In this document: positions 19,965-28,153 of the stretch, one piece after another
Layout: each line of letters opens with the position of its first letter
How positions within the stretch are numbered: position 1 is the stretch's first letter
Source of the DNA: Escherichia phage vB_EcoM-720R4
DNA length: 35,056 nucleotides
Reading direction: 5' to 3' (one strand)
Sequence record: ON470603.1
Made by a program: the position numbers and the translations under genes
Notes under the pieces: model-generated
Databases searched by the model: none
What the model saw: the letters and a program-made list of their open reading frames with translations, nothing else
What the model was told of the DNA's origin: nothing

Positions 19965-20241
19965 CCGCAACAGCCACTTTGATATCTTCCTCGGTTCTCT
20001 GTGACTCCAGTGCGATCTGCTGTTTTGCATGCTGGTTAGCCTCTATAACTGTATTGATGATTTGCAGTGATTGCAGAACATTACGGGTAATGGCAGTTGC
20101 TGATTCAGCATTTTGTACAGCCTCATCAGCACGTTTCTTTTCGTACTGATATTTGCTGTAGTAGTAGTTGGCTGACCAGATGAAAGAACCAATGGCAGTA
20201 ACGAAAAAAGCAGCGATAATCAGCTTATAACTCAACTTCAT
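19849..20241 (-). CDS. i-spanin (Rz-like)
   Basis: 130-aa ORF with N-terminal transmembrane helix followed by a charged coiled-coil region; directly downstream of the endolysin. Confidence 0.65.
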   Translation of the reverse strand: MKLSYKLIIAAFFVTAIGSFIWSANYYYSKYQYEKKRADEAVQNAESATAITRNVLQSLQIINTVIEANQHAKQQIALESQRTEEDIKVAVADDDCASRHVPAAAADRLRKYANSLRTDSGGTVASKPDY

Positions 20242-20701
20242 TTACCACCCCACCAGCCTCTTTAAATCGGGCAATCAGGTCACCGATTTTATGTTCATAC
20301 TGACCGTAACCTGCGCCCGGCAGTGAAGCCCAGATATTGCTGCAACGATCGATAGCCTGACGGATATCACCGCGATCAATCATCGGTAAAGCACCACGCT
20401 CTTTAATCTGCTGCAGAGCTACAGCGTCCTGGCTTTCTGGAGAAAAATCTTTCAGGCCAAGCTGTTTACGGTAAGCATCCCACCAGCGTGAAAGAAGCTG
20501 GTAACGTCCGGCGGCTGTTGATTTGAGTTTGGGGTTTAGCGTGACAAGTTTGCGAGGGTGATCGGAGTAATCAGTGAACAGTTCGCCACCAACAATAACA
20601 TCATAACCGTGGTTACGTGTCGGTTGTCGCCCGTTATCCGTTCCTTCTGACCATGCCACCATATCCAGGAAAGCTTTACGCTGGGAATTTAGTGCCTGCA
20701 T
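20225..20701 (-). CDS. endolysin, lambda R-like lytic transglycosylase
   Basis: 158-aa ORF matching the phage lambda R sequence as I recall it (QRKAFLDM.AWSEGTDNGRQ.TRNHGYDVIVGGELFTDYSDHPRKLV). Confidence 0.9.
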   Translation of the reverse strand: MQALNSQRKAFLDMVAWSEGTDNGRQPTRNHGYDVIVGGELFTDYSDHPRKLVTLNPKLKSTAAGRYQLLSRWWDAYRKQLGLKDFSPESQDAVALQQIKERGALPMIDRGDIRQAIDRCSNIWASLPGAGYGQYEHKIGDLIARFKEAGGVVNEVEL

Positions 20702-20704
20702 AAA

Positions 20705-21031
20705 TTACTCCTTCGAGCTACCAAATTTGTTACCGATTACTCGCATTGCAGCCCCACGAATAGCATCGACACCGATCAGCCCCACGCCACCACCAATGGC
20801 AACAGAAAGCGATTTAGGCCATCCGACATATTCAAGAGCGGATGCAAAGGTCAGCGTCAGAGCGCCACATAGCAAAATCTCGAGCGTTTTTCGCTTCCAG
20901 CCACCACCACCGCCAAAATAGGCGATGCGCAAACCAGCCATAACGATCGACATAATCACTGCACCCAGCGGTGTGTCTCCACGCCACCAGCTCTGGACCA
21001 AGTCCAGCCAGGTATTTGGGTTATGAGGCAT
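20705..21031 (-). CDS. holin (three predicted transmembrane segments)
   Basis: Hydrophobic ORF immediately upstream of the endolysin; start set at the internal ATG (MPHNPN...); the longer track ORF would start at a GTG overlapping the methyltransferase. Confidence 0.55.
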   Translation of the reverse strand: MPHNPNTWLDLVQSWWRGDTPLGAVIMSIVMAGLRIAYFGGGGGWKRKTLEILLCGALTLTFASALEYVGWPKSLSVAIGGGVGLIGVDAIRGAAMRVIGNKFGSSKE

Positions 21032-21107
21032 TTCGTCATCTCTCACCTCGCGATATTTGCGGGTGCTGTGTTGGAAATAAAAAGGCCACGCAACATGGCC
21101 ACCAGAA

Positions 21108-22160
21108 TTATTTCCCCACCAGTTCACTTACCTCTTTCACCGTCTGATTAAACCGCTCTGACTCAAGTTCAACACCTAACGCCCGACGCCCCAGCGCCAT
21201 TGCTGCTTTTATTGTGGAACCGGATCCCATAAAGAAATCAGCAACCAGATCACCAGGTCGACTACTGGCATTGATTATTTGCCGGAGCATATCCGCCGGT
21301 TTCTCGCACGGATGTTTACCCGGGTAGAACTGAACGGGCTTATGCGTCCAGACATCGGTATAAGGCACGGAGACTGATACGGAGAAATAGCGCCGGAGAG
21401 ATTTAAACTCATCCAGCAATTCAGAATATTTGCGATTCAGTGAATCATAAGATGCCACCAGCTGGTGGTGTGGTTGTTCCAGTTGTTGTTCCTGAAACTT
21501 CTCTGCCGCTATACGGGAAAACAGTGCCTGTAACTTCCGATAGTCAGCCTCATTCGGCAACTGCCACTGACTGGCACCAAACCAGTGGGAAACCATATTT
21601 TTCTTACCTGTGGCTTCGGCAATTTGTTTTGCCGTTATACCCAGTTCGGCACGAGCATCCCTGAAATACGATATCAGCGGTGCCATTATGTGCTGTTTGA
21701 GTTCCCTTTCTTTTGCCGCATAGCCGTCACTTTTGCCGCGATATGGCCCCTGGTAATGTTCAGCAAACAGAACGCGCTCTGTGGCAGGAAAATATGCGCG
21801 CAGACTTTCTTTATTACACCCATTCCAACGTCCGGACGGCTTCGCCCAGATGATATGGTTAAGCACGTTGAAACGTTCACGCATCATGATCTCAATATCA
21901 GATGCCAGGCGATGCCCACAGAACAGGTAAAGGCTTCCGGCAGGTTTCAACACCCGCCAGAACTGGGCCAGACAGTGGTCCAGCCACTTAAGGTAATCTT
22001 CGTCCCCTTTCCACTGATTGTCCCAACCGTTAGGTTTCACCTTGAAGTAAGGCGGATCGGTAACAATCAGGTCAATGGAATCATCAGGCAGGGACTGAAT
22101 AAAATGCAGGCAATCAGCGTTGATTAAATCAACACTGTTTATTTTTACAGTATTTTTCAT
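21108..22160 (-). CDS. DNA methyltransferase (N6-adenine/N4-cytosine class, DPPY motif)
   Basis: 350-aa ORF with VTDPPYF motif near the N-terminus and a C-terminal AdoMet-binding-like region (FFMGSGST); no adjacent restriction endonuclease. Confidence 0.85.
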   Translation of the reverse strand: MKNTVKINSVDLINADCLHFIQSLPDDSIDLIVTDPPYFKVKPNGWDNQWKGDEDYLKWLDHCLAQFWRVLKPAGSLYLFCGHRLASDIEIMMRERFNVLNHIIWAKPSGRWNGCNKESLRAYFPATERVLFAEHYQGPYRGKSDGYAAKERELKQHIMAPLISYFRDARAELGITAKQIAEATGKKNMVSHWFGASQWQLPNEADYRKLQALFSRIAAEKFQEQQLEQPHHQLVASYDSLNRKYSELLDEFKSLRRYFSVSVSVPYTDVWTHKPVQFYPGKHPCEKPADMLRQIINASSRPGDLVADFFMGSGSTIKAAMALGRRALGVELESERFNQTVKEVSELVGK

Positions 22161-22310
22161 GGATCAGTAAGCGTAACTCTGGTAGGCTCACTCTGCTTTT
22201 GCGCTAAAGCAGTGGGCCGTGGTTCGCTTGTGACCAGTAAGCATGAGCGAATGGCTGGCAGGTGCTACCAACACCCACCAGCCGCCCATTTTCACAGCAG
22301 GAAACCGCCA

Positions 22311-22514
22311 TTACTGGCAGCGTCTGAATTTATTCCCGTACCCGCCGTTATCCTTCGCCAGACCCGCCAGAACTAACTGAGTCAGTATTAACTGGCACCG
22401 GGCTTCGCTTACTCCGGTAGTTCTCGTCATCATGCGTGGCGTTACCCACTTGTCAGCAGGTAAGAAATGAAGGACTGCGGCGGCGGTTTCTGTCATATCT
22501 TGCTGTTTTAGCAT
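22311..22514 (-). CDS. hypothetical small protein, possibly winged-helix DNA-binding
   Basis: ORF downstream of the candidate late terminator; start set at the internal ATG preceded by AAGGGA. Confidence 0.35.
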   Translation of the reverse strand: MLKQQDMTETAAAVLHFLPADKWVTPRMMTRTTGVSEARCQLILTQLVLAGLAKDNGGYGNKFRRCQ

Positions 22515-22636
22515 GTCTTTTTCCCTTCTGGTTAACATGACATACCAATAACTCTTGTCTAAAAATCCAGCAAGATAAAAAGTCAGTATTCACGACCACC
22601 AGCGTGTTTACTGTACTGCACCAAGTTTACAGGTAC

Positions 22637-22660
22637 AAAAAACCCGCTCAGTGGCGGGTT
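22637..22660 (-). terminator. rho-independent terminator downstream of Q (tR'-like)
   Basis: Minus-strand stem CCCGC-CACTGA-GCGGG followed by TTTTTT; about 40-60 nt downstream of the putative late promoter. Confidence 0.5.
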
Positions 22661-22699
22661 CCTAAATCTTATCAACGGTAGACATACAAAGCCCATCGT

Positions 22700-22740
22700 T
22701 GGGAAAATCTTATCCATATTTTTTGAAAAATGCAAGCATC
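22700..22740 (-). promoter_or_regulatory. candidate Q-dependent late promoter (PR'-like)
   Basis: Minus-strand TTGCAT (22735-22730), 17-bp spacer, TAAGAT (22712-22707), between the Q stop and the terminator. Confidence 0.35.
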
Positions 22741-22766
22741 ATGTCGTCATCTTCGGCGAAAACCAT

Positions 22767-23519
22767 TTATCTTGTCACCTTTCTCAATTGTATCTCTGCA
22801 TATGCTTCTTCCTGCCAGCACTTTGTAACCAGTTTATCAATGACATCTGCATATCCTTTGTACCACTGATAATCCGTCAGGTCTGGTACCAGCTTCTGGA
22901 CATGATGCCGCGCCAGTGTGGTTGGTAAACGGCTAAACCGGTTTCCATTGCAACGCCCACAAATCTTATAAACAGGCGTGCCATGAAGCCGGGTCCTTTT
23001 TTCATCCAGGACAATACCTTTACCCTTACACCCTCTGCACGCTGTGCTGACTTCTCCCTTACCATGACAATGCTGACATAGTTCCTTCACCCACTCTTCC
23101 TTGATAACAGATTCCCCGCTTCTGGAGTGTTTCACCACTTCGCGCAATACATTATGAAATCCAGTACCAGCACAATGCTCACAGCGAGCCTTACTTGCCG
23201 CAGACCTGGAATAATCAGCAAAGGCAAAATTCACAAGGTAAGGGATGATCTGTAACCGGGTTTCTTCACTCAATTTGTTCAATGTCGGGTTATCCAGTGC
23301 CATCGCGTAATTGAGCAGACCTTCAATCGCAAATTGAGGATCCTGAACACCAACTTTTGCCAGGAATAAGGCAAACCCAAGCGGTGCTTTCGACTGCACC
23401 ATCCCCTGCGCAGCCATCACATCCGTAATCGTTAAACCACCTGAGCCTGTCGCCGGTGCGTCATCGCTCAATTTTGGAGATTTTGGGGAGTAATATTTTG
23501 GTAAGGCTTCAAGGTTCAT
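22767..23519 (-). CDS. late-gene antiterminator Q (lambdoid Q family, Cys-rich zinc-binding region)
   Basis: CEHCAGTG ... CQHCHGKGE ... CRGCKGKG ... CGRCNG cysteine clusters; last gene of the early rightward operon, ahead of the late promoter; start at an ATG with GGAG RBS; the track ORF extends to 23561. Confidence 0.75.
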   Translation of the reverse strand: MNLEALPKYYSPKSPKLSDDAPATGSGGLTITDVMAAQGMVQSKAPLGFALFLAKVGVQDPQFAIEGLLNYAMALDNPTLNKLSEETRLQIIPYLVNFAFADYSRSAASKARCEHCAGTGFHNVLREVVKHSRSGESVIKEEWVKELCQHCHGKGEVSTACRGCKGKGIVLDEKRTRLHGTPVYKICGRCNGNRFSRLPTTLARHHVQKLVPDLTDYQWYKGYADVIDKLVTKCWQEEAYAEIQLRKVTR

Positions 23520-23532
23520 GCTCGTTCTCCAC

Positions 23533-24528
23533 TTACGCCAATACGCCAATTGCCAGCGCACGATCGATAAAACGAAATATCAGCTCCAGCTGAGAGCCAT
23601 ACTTCTCTTCAAATGCCACGGTATCCGCATGCAGCTCGTCGTGATGCTTTCTGCACAAAGGCAACACAAAGAGGTCATGCGCTTTTGTACCCATTCCACC
23701 CTGACCGTGGCCTATCAGGTGGTGGGGATCATCAGCAGGCTTTCCACAACATGCACACGGCTGTGTCTTAACCCAGCGCGTGTACTTTTCATTAACCCAG
23801 CGGCGGCGTTTTGGGCGTAACATAAAAGACTCCGGCGACTCCGGATCCACTTTCAGCGCCAGCACCTTTTTCGCCTTATCCTGGATGATGCTGGTGGCAG
23901 GAACCGAAGGCACAAGGTCACTTTCCCGGGTGACAGACGGCACAACAGGCTTCGGTAATCTCAGTGCCTTACGGGCTGCACTTTCCGGTAAGGCATCCGC
24001 CAGGTCATTACGAATCAGCCACCAGCACAGTTCCGGCATTGTCACGGCATGGTTGTCATCAAAACCGAGATCCCGACGGACTACAGACAACACCCAGCGG
24101 GCACAGTTATCCGTTGCCATTGATTCCAGCCGTTCCGTGAACTGATCGCGCAGCTGGTTATCGCAGTGCCAGCACAGACGGATCGCGCCCGGCGCGTGTC
24201 GCATTGTGGTCATGTTCTCGCTGTGCCAGTCGGAATGAGGCCACTGGCAGCCTTTTTCACGAAGTAACCAGCTTTCAAGACATTCCACGCCACCAGCACG
24301 ACGGATCACTGCCTCATTGCGGAACACGGCCCTAACGGCAGGATCATCCGCCAGCGGTTGTGATGCCGCCGGAACGGCACCACTGGCGAAAGATGAATAA
24401 CGTTCCGGCTCAGGCTCCAGCAGGACACGCCCCTGCATAAACAGGGGCATCAGCTCTGAACCTGGTCTGAACAATACAATCCCCATACGCGGGGCTATTT
24501 CAGGGGTCAGTAGTGCTCTCACGGTCAC
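23533..24528 (-). CDS. DUF968-family protein (nin-region protein with C-terminal Cys/His motif)
   Basis: 331-aa ORF with CACCGKPADDPHHLIGHGQGGMGTKAHD...PLCRKHHDELH at the C-terminus; positioned between KilA-N and Q. Confidence 0.7.
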   Translation of the reverse strand: MTVRALLTPEIAPRMGIVLFRPGSELMPLFMQGRVLLEPEPERYSSFASGAVPAASQPLADDPAVRAVFRNEAVIRRAGGVECLESWLLREKGCQWPHSDWHSENMTTMRHAPGAIRLCWHCDNQLRDQFTERLESMATDNCARWVLSVVRRDLGFDDNHAVTMPELCWWLIRNDLADALPESAARKALRLPKPVVPSVTRESDLVPSVPATSIIQDKAKKVLALKVDPESPESFMLRPKRRRWVNEKYTRWVKTQPCACCGKPADDPHHLIGHGQGGMGTKAHDLFVLPLCRKHHDELHADTVAFEEKYGSQLELIFRFIDRALAIGVLA

Positions 24529-24529
24529 C

Positions 24530-25339
24530 TCAATGAACGGTATCGAGCAGCTTTAACAGCTCAGGGAATCGGGATTCGAAGAAATGCGGCTGCGTCTCAC
24601 GCGGATTTGCGGGACTGGTGATGTTCTTGCCGAACATGCAGCCTTTCGCCGTCAGCGACCAGAATTTTTTGATGTTGTTAATCCCGGTACGGCTGTATCG
24701 TTCGCGCTGCTCGACGATCCCCAGCTTCACCATCTGGTGATATGCCTGATTAGCCGTCAGGCGGATACCATACTGCTTCAGCAGTGCACTCAGCGACAGC
24801 GTCGGGCGGCTTGAGCCATCAGGCGCGTCAGCAGGTGCATCAATGGCATAGCGCGGTGCCAGATTCGGTAAGCCAACAGCCTCCTGGAGTTTCTGACAGG
24901 CCCCAAGCACAGATGAGTTAGACAGATTTAACTCCCGGCGCATAAAGTCCAGCAGAATCACGCCAGCCTGCATCTTGTCAGCCGCCTGTCCGGATAATTT
25001 TTCCGGTGCGCTGGTTACCATATCGAAAGTACGGATCACCTTCAGATGGAATGACGGGCTGATCCACATTGCATAGGCATACACCAGTTCCTTACAGACA
25101 TACGTTCCCCGTTCATTTCCCCCATGAATCACACTCACCGGGTCAACACCCAAATTCTGGGTGTTGGTTAATTCATGAACAAGCTCAACAGTTTGTTGGC
25201 TGGAAAGAAACTTTCCTGGCTCCTTGGTTCTGGCATTTGCACCAGATGCTACTGCTGCGCGATGCAGATCGTTCAGGCTGTAACGCCCATAAGCATCACG
25301 ACGAACTTCAATACCATCAATAACCATCAGATTATTCAT
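24530..25339 (-). CDS. KilA-N domain protein (antirepressor-like)
   Basis: 269-aa ORF whose N-terminus resembles KilA-N domains (GIEVRRDAYGRYSLNDLHRAA...). Confidence 0.7.
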   Translation of the reverse strand: MNNLMVIDGIEVRRDAYGRYSLNDLHRAAVASGANARTKEPGKFLSSQQTVELVHELTNTQNLGVDPVSVIHGGNERGTYVCKELVYAYAMWISPSFHLKVIRTFDMVTSAPEKLSGQAADKMQAGVILLDFMRRELNLSNSSVLGACQKLQEAVGLPNLAPRYAIDAPADAPDGSSRPTLSLSALLKQYGIRLTANQAYHQMVKLGIVEQRERYSRTGINNIKKFWSLTAKGCMFGKNITSPANPRETQPHFFESRFPELLKLLDTVH

Positions 25340-25358
25340 ACTTCGTTTCTCCTCTTAA

Positions 25359-25748
25359 TCAGGCGGCTGCACCCGCCGTTTTCTCGTACTTACTGATAGT
25401 GATTTCGACCTTCCCTTCCGGGATAACCGGCCCCCACTCCACCAGCATTCTTTTCACCTGGCTGTCGTCCACCCACACACCCGCGTGGGTCAGGGCGTCA
25501 AACAGCGCCTTGTTATAGTTGTCCAGATCGCGAAGCCGGTTATCCGGAGGAAACAACACGATCTCCACTGAAGCTGGTGCCGACGTTGGTTTCGGCAAAC
25601 GACGTAACTGCTCAATGATGGCTGCACACGCTGCGCTCTGGAATTTTCGCCCCGCCGCGCTTATCAGGCTCTTACCTGCAAGCGCCCCTTTGTTGGGGTG
25701 TCGCCAGTACGTGTTCACGCTGGGCGGAAAAGGCAGTATTAGCTTCAT
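25359..25748 (-). CDS. rusA: RusA-family Holliday junction resolvase
   Basis: 129-aa ORF with DLDNYNKALFDALTHAGVWVDDSQV, typical of RusA; nin-region position. Confidence 0.8.
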   Translation of the reverse strand: MKLILPFPPSVNTYWRHPNKGALAGKSLISAAGRKFQSAACAAIIEQLRRLPKPTSAPASVEIVLFPPDNRLRDLDNYNKALFDALTHAGVWVDDSQVKRMLVEWGPVIPEGKVEITISKYEKTAGAAA

Positions 25749-26071
25749 ACTTTCAGGCCCCTCTCATGTAACCAGTGGGCTGCACGCAGCCTGGCGTTTG
25801 CCTCACCGGCAAGCAGTGCGCGGATAATCCCGACCGCCTCGCTGTCGTCGTCCTTCACCGCGGTATGAAGCGTGATGCCCCGGGCCACGCCACGCTTTAT
25901 CGTGATGACGCCTTTTTTCTCCAGTGCGCGAAGATGCTCCACCGCTGCATTCACTGAACGGTATCCCAGCATGGTTGCCACCTCCTGATTGGTTGGCGGG
26001 AAGCCACGTTCTTTCTGATAAGAAATCAGCATATCCAGCACCTGCTGCTGGCATTGAGTTAACGTCGTCAT
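25745..26071 (-). CDS. LexA-DNA-binding-domain-like protein lacking a protease domain
   Basis: 108-aa ORF; N-terminal LTQCQQQVLDMLISYQKERGFPPTNQEVATMLGYRSVNAAVEHLRALEKKGVI resembles the LexA winged-helix domain; no S24 peptidase region. Confidence 0.55.
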   Translation of the reverse strand: MTTLTQCQQQVLDMLISYQKERGFPPTNQEVATMLGYRSVNAAVEHLRALEKKGVITIKRGVARGITLHTAVKDDDSEAVGIIRALLAGEANARLRAAHWLHERGLKV

Positions 26072-26754
26072 GCCGCCATCTCCCTGACCAGTTTTTCTGC
26101 CTGCTGGCGAACCTGCGCCAGAAAGGCCTCACCACATGCCTCAAGTTCATCGCGCCCGATGTAGCTGATTGCCGGTCCCTTCCAGGTCTTGTCGAAAACA
26201 GCAATAGCACCAGCGAAGAAAGCGCCTGTCGGCACCTGCTTCTCATCCTTCGGGATAAACCAGGCAGGCAGTTCAAAACCAATACGCCCGCGAATAAAAG
26301 CAATATGATCTGCATCTTCCGGCCACCACACTTCGCTGGTGGCAGCTTTGATCAGGAAAACATAGCGCCCGCCTTTATCACGCATGGCACTGGCATGCTT
26401 CATGATGTAACGCATGCCGGTGATGTATTGCCCCTCATGCTGACTGGCGCGGCTGTATGGGGGATTACCAAAGGCAGCACCTTTAAGCTCCGCAAGGCGT
26501 TCTGACCAGTCATGCGCCAGCGCGTTGTCTTCCGCCGTGTAATACGCAGCACATTTGGCGTTATCACCGTCAGTGAACAGATCCAGAACAAACGGGCCAA
26601 ACAGGGTGTTAATTCCCCAGAAAATGTTGTCCGGCGTGCGCCACTGATCGCCCACTTCCTTCAGTTCATGGGCTGGTTTGTTCCGCAGTTCCGCCAGCGC
26701 CTGGCAATATTTATTACTCATTAAGCCCCCACGTAATTCCCTGAGAGATACCAC
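26068..26754 (-). CDS. phage Dam-like DNA N6-adenine methyltransferase (NPPY motif)
   Basis: GNPPYSR catalytic motif; an alternative start at 26721 (MSNKYCQ...) would abut the upstream gene's stop. Confidence 0.85.
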   Translation of the reverse strand: MVSLRELRGGLMSNKYCQALAELRNKPAHELKEVGDQWRTPDNIFWGINTLFGPFVLDLFTDGDNAKCAAYYTAEDNALAHDWSERLAELKGAAFGNPPYSRASQHEGQYITGMRYIMKHASAMRDKGGRYVFLIKAATSEVWWPEDADHIAFIRGRIGFELPAWFIPKDEKQVPTGAFFAGAIAVFDKTWKGPAISYIGRDELEACGEAFLAQVRQQAEKLVREMAA

Positions 26755-27215
26755 TCTTCACCTGATGCAGCCCGCTTACTGCTTTTCCGTAAACACCGTT
26801 CACGACGCGCCAGAAAATTGTTTCGTTCTGGCTGGGAGTGGCTTTCACGGAATGCCGCCATCCACACCGTTGCAGCACGACGGTATAAGCCCCTCGACTC
26901 CAGTTCTTCAGCCTGGCGGGTCAGGCACAAAATCACCCGGGGGTCGTTAGTGCCGACATAGAACTTGCGCACAGGTCTGGTTTCACGAACTGGTTGTGGT
27001 TCCGGCTCCTGCGCTCTCTCAGTCAGGCGCGAGAAATGTCTGCGTGTATCTCCTTCACAACGGTGAGCCACACGCCCACTCTGACGTAACTTGCTTGCTG
27101 ACTGCAGAACGCGCTGCCGTGAGTAACCTGCAAAAGCATCCGCAATGTCTCCGGAAGTACACCCCGGATGGGCTTCAATGAATTTCTGAACTTCATTCAA
27201 AAGACTCATGATCAC
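26721..27215 (-). CDS. PerC/Pch-family transcriptional regulator-like protein (YfdN-like)
   Basis: C-terminal region LESRGLYRRAATVWMAAF...RRERCL resembles the PerC-family motif; 164 aa. Confidence 0.6.
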   Translation of the reverse strand: MIMSLLNEVQKFIEAHPGCTSGDIADAFAGYSRQRVLQSASKLRQSGRVAHRCEGDTRRHFSRLTERAQEPEPQPVRETRPVRKFYVGTNDPRVILCLTRQAEELESRGLYRRAATVWMAAFRESHSQPERNNFLARRERCLRKSSKRAASGEEWYLSGNYVGA

Positions 27216-28153
27216 CCCCTGAATCCTGCCGGGATCTGGCTGTAGTCCACGTTGTCGTAACTGGATTTGAAGTACGGATCTTCACGTTTTTCTGTGTATG
27301 TGCTGACGGACGGCGATAAGCGCAGGGAAAGCTCATCCCATTTTTCCCGCAGCTTCGACGGGCTGAGCACGTTACGGCACCAGAACGGATCGCGGCTGAC
27401 GCGGCTGTACATCTCGCAGATTTGTTTGTGAGTACGACCATCCTGCACACACATCAGGCGAATTTCGTTTGCCCAGGCTGTCCAGTTCGGTTCTTTGGGA
27501 CGAACCACCTCGCCGTCACATTCGGCAGCCTGCTCGTACAGGGCGATGATTTTTTTCCAGAGCCACTGTGCGCAGGTCAAATCATCCTGCGTCCCCCACT
27601 GGCGTTTTTTAGGGCTGAATACAACCGCATCAGGATGGCGAGTTAAAAAATCCTGTTCAGCCGTCTGCGTGTCCGGTTGCGAAGCGTCCGGACGAGAAGG
27701 TTTTTTATCTGACGGATCATGTTTTGATTTTACTGACGGATCCCCGCCAGATTCTGACGGGTGAAAACCCGCTTTTTTGCCAGATTTCGACGCATCAAAT
27801 TTTGACGGGTCAGATTTTGATGCGTCAGATTTTGACGGGTCAGAATCTGACAGTTGAGAAAATGCCGCTGCCTGAAGCTTCGCAACGTTAAGCTGATAAA
27901 CATTCGACGCATTGCGGTTACCCTGGCGACGCGCCTTACGCGTTAACCAGCCTTCTGCTTCCAGCCGTGCGATAGCCGTTCTGACGGTACTCATCCCCGC
28001 GCCAATCTGGCGGGCAATGGTTTCAATTGATGGCCAGCACACACCTTCGTCATTACTGAAATCAGCCAGGCGGGCCATAATTGCCACGCTGGATAATTTC
28101 ATGCCTGACGCTGCGCAACCATCCCATACATAGCCGGTTAATTTAGTGCTCAT
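27212..28153 (-). CDS. replication initiation protein (O-like, HTH N-terminal domain, iteron-containing)
   Basis: 313-aa ORF with N-terminal helix-turn-helix region and a central Ser/Asp/Lys repeat linker encoded by DNA iterons; located downstream of cro and the CII/YdaT-like gene. Confidence 0.7.
   Translation of the reverse strand: MSTKLTGYVWDGCAASGMKLSSVAIMARLADFSNDEGVCWPSIETIARQIGAGMSTVRTAIARLEAEGWLTRKARRQGNRNASNVYQLNVAKLQAAAFSQLSDSDPSKSDASKSDPSKFDASKSGKKAGFHPSESGGDPSVKSKHDPSDKKPSRPDASQPDTQTAEQDFLTRHPDAVVFSPKKRQWGTQDDLTCAQWLWKKIIALYEQAAECDGEVVRPKEPNWTAWANEIRLMCVQDGRTHKQICEMYSRVSRDPFWCRNVLSPSKLREKWDELSLRLSPSVSTYTEKREDPYFKSSYDNVDYSQIPAGFRG
27722..27853. repeat. iteron array (about 7 direct repeats, consensus TCAGATTTTGACGGG) inside the O-like gene: candidate replication origin
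   Basis: Tandem 14-15-bp repeats read directly (e.g. TCAAATTTTGACGGG TCAGATTTTGATGCG TCAGATTTTGACGGG TCAGAATCTGACAG). Confidence 0.55.

Noticed and set aside
20705-21127. Longer holin ORF starting at GTG 21127 and overlapping the methyltransferase 3' end
   Set aside because: The GTG lies only 3 nt from a Shine-Dalgarno-like AGAGG and the N-terminal 32 residues are hydrophilic and atypical for holins. The internal ATG (21031) was preferred, though its RBS is also weak; the start remains uncertain.
21585-22127. 180-aa plus-strand ORF inside the DNA methyltransferase gene
   Set aside because: Antisense shadow ORF; the minus-strand frame carries the methyltransferase motifs.
22160-22310. 150-bp non-coding gap between the small late ORF and the methyltransferase as a possible small RNA
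   Set aside because: No convincing promoter-hairpin-terminator arrangement or repeat structure could be identified by eye; left unannotated.
25924-26505. 193-aa plus-strand ORF and 170-aa minus-strand ORF (25803-26315) overlapping the Dam-like and LexA-DBD-like genes
   Set aside because: Alternative frames of well-supported genes; no RBS; composition inconsistent with real proteins.
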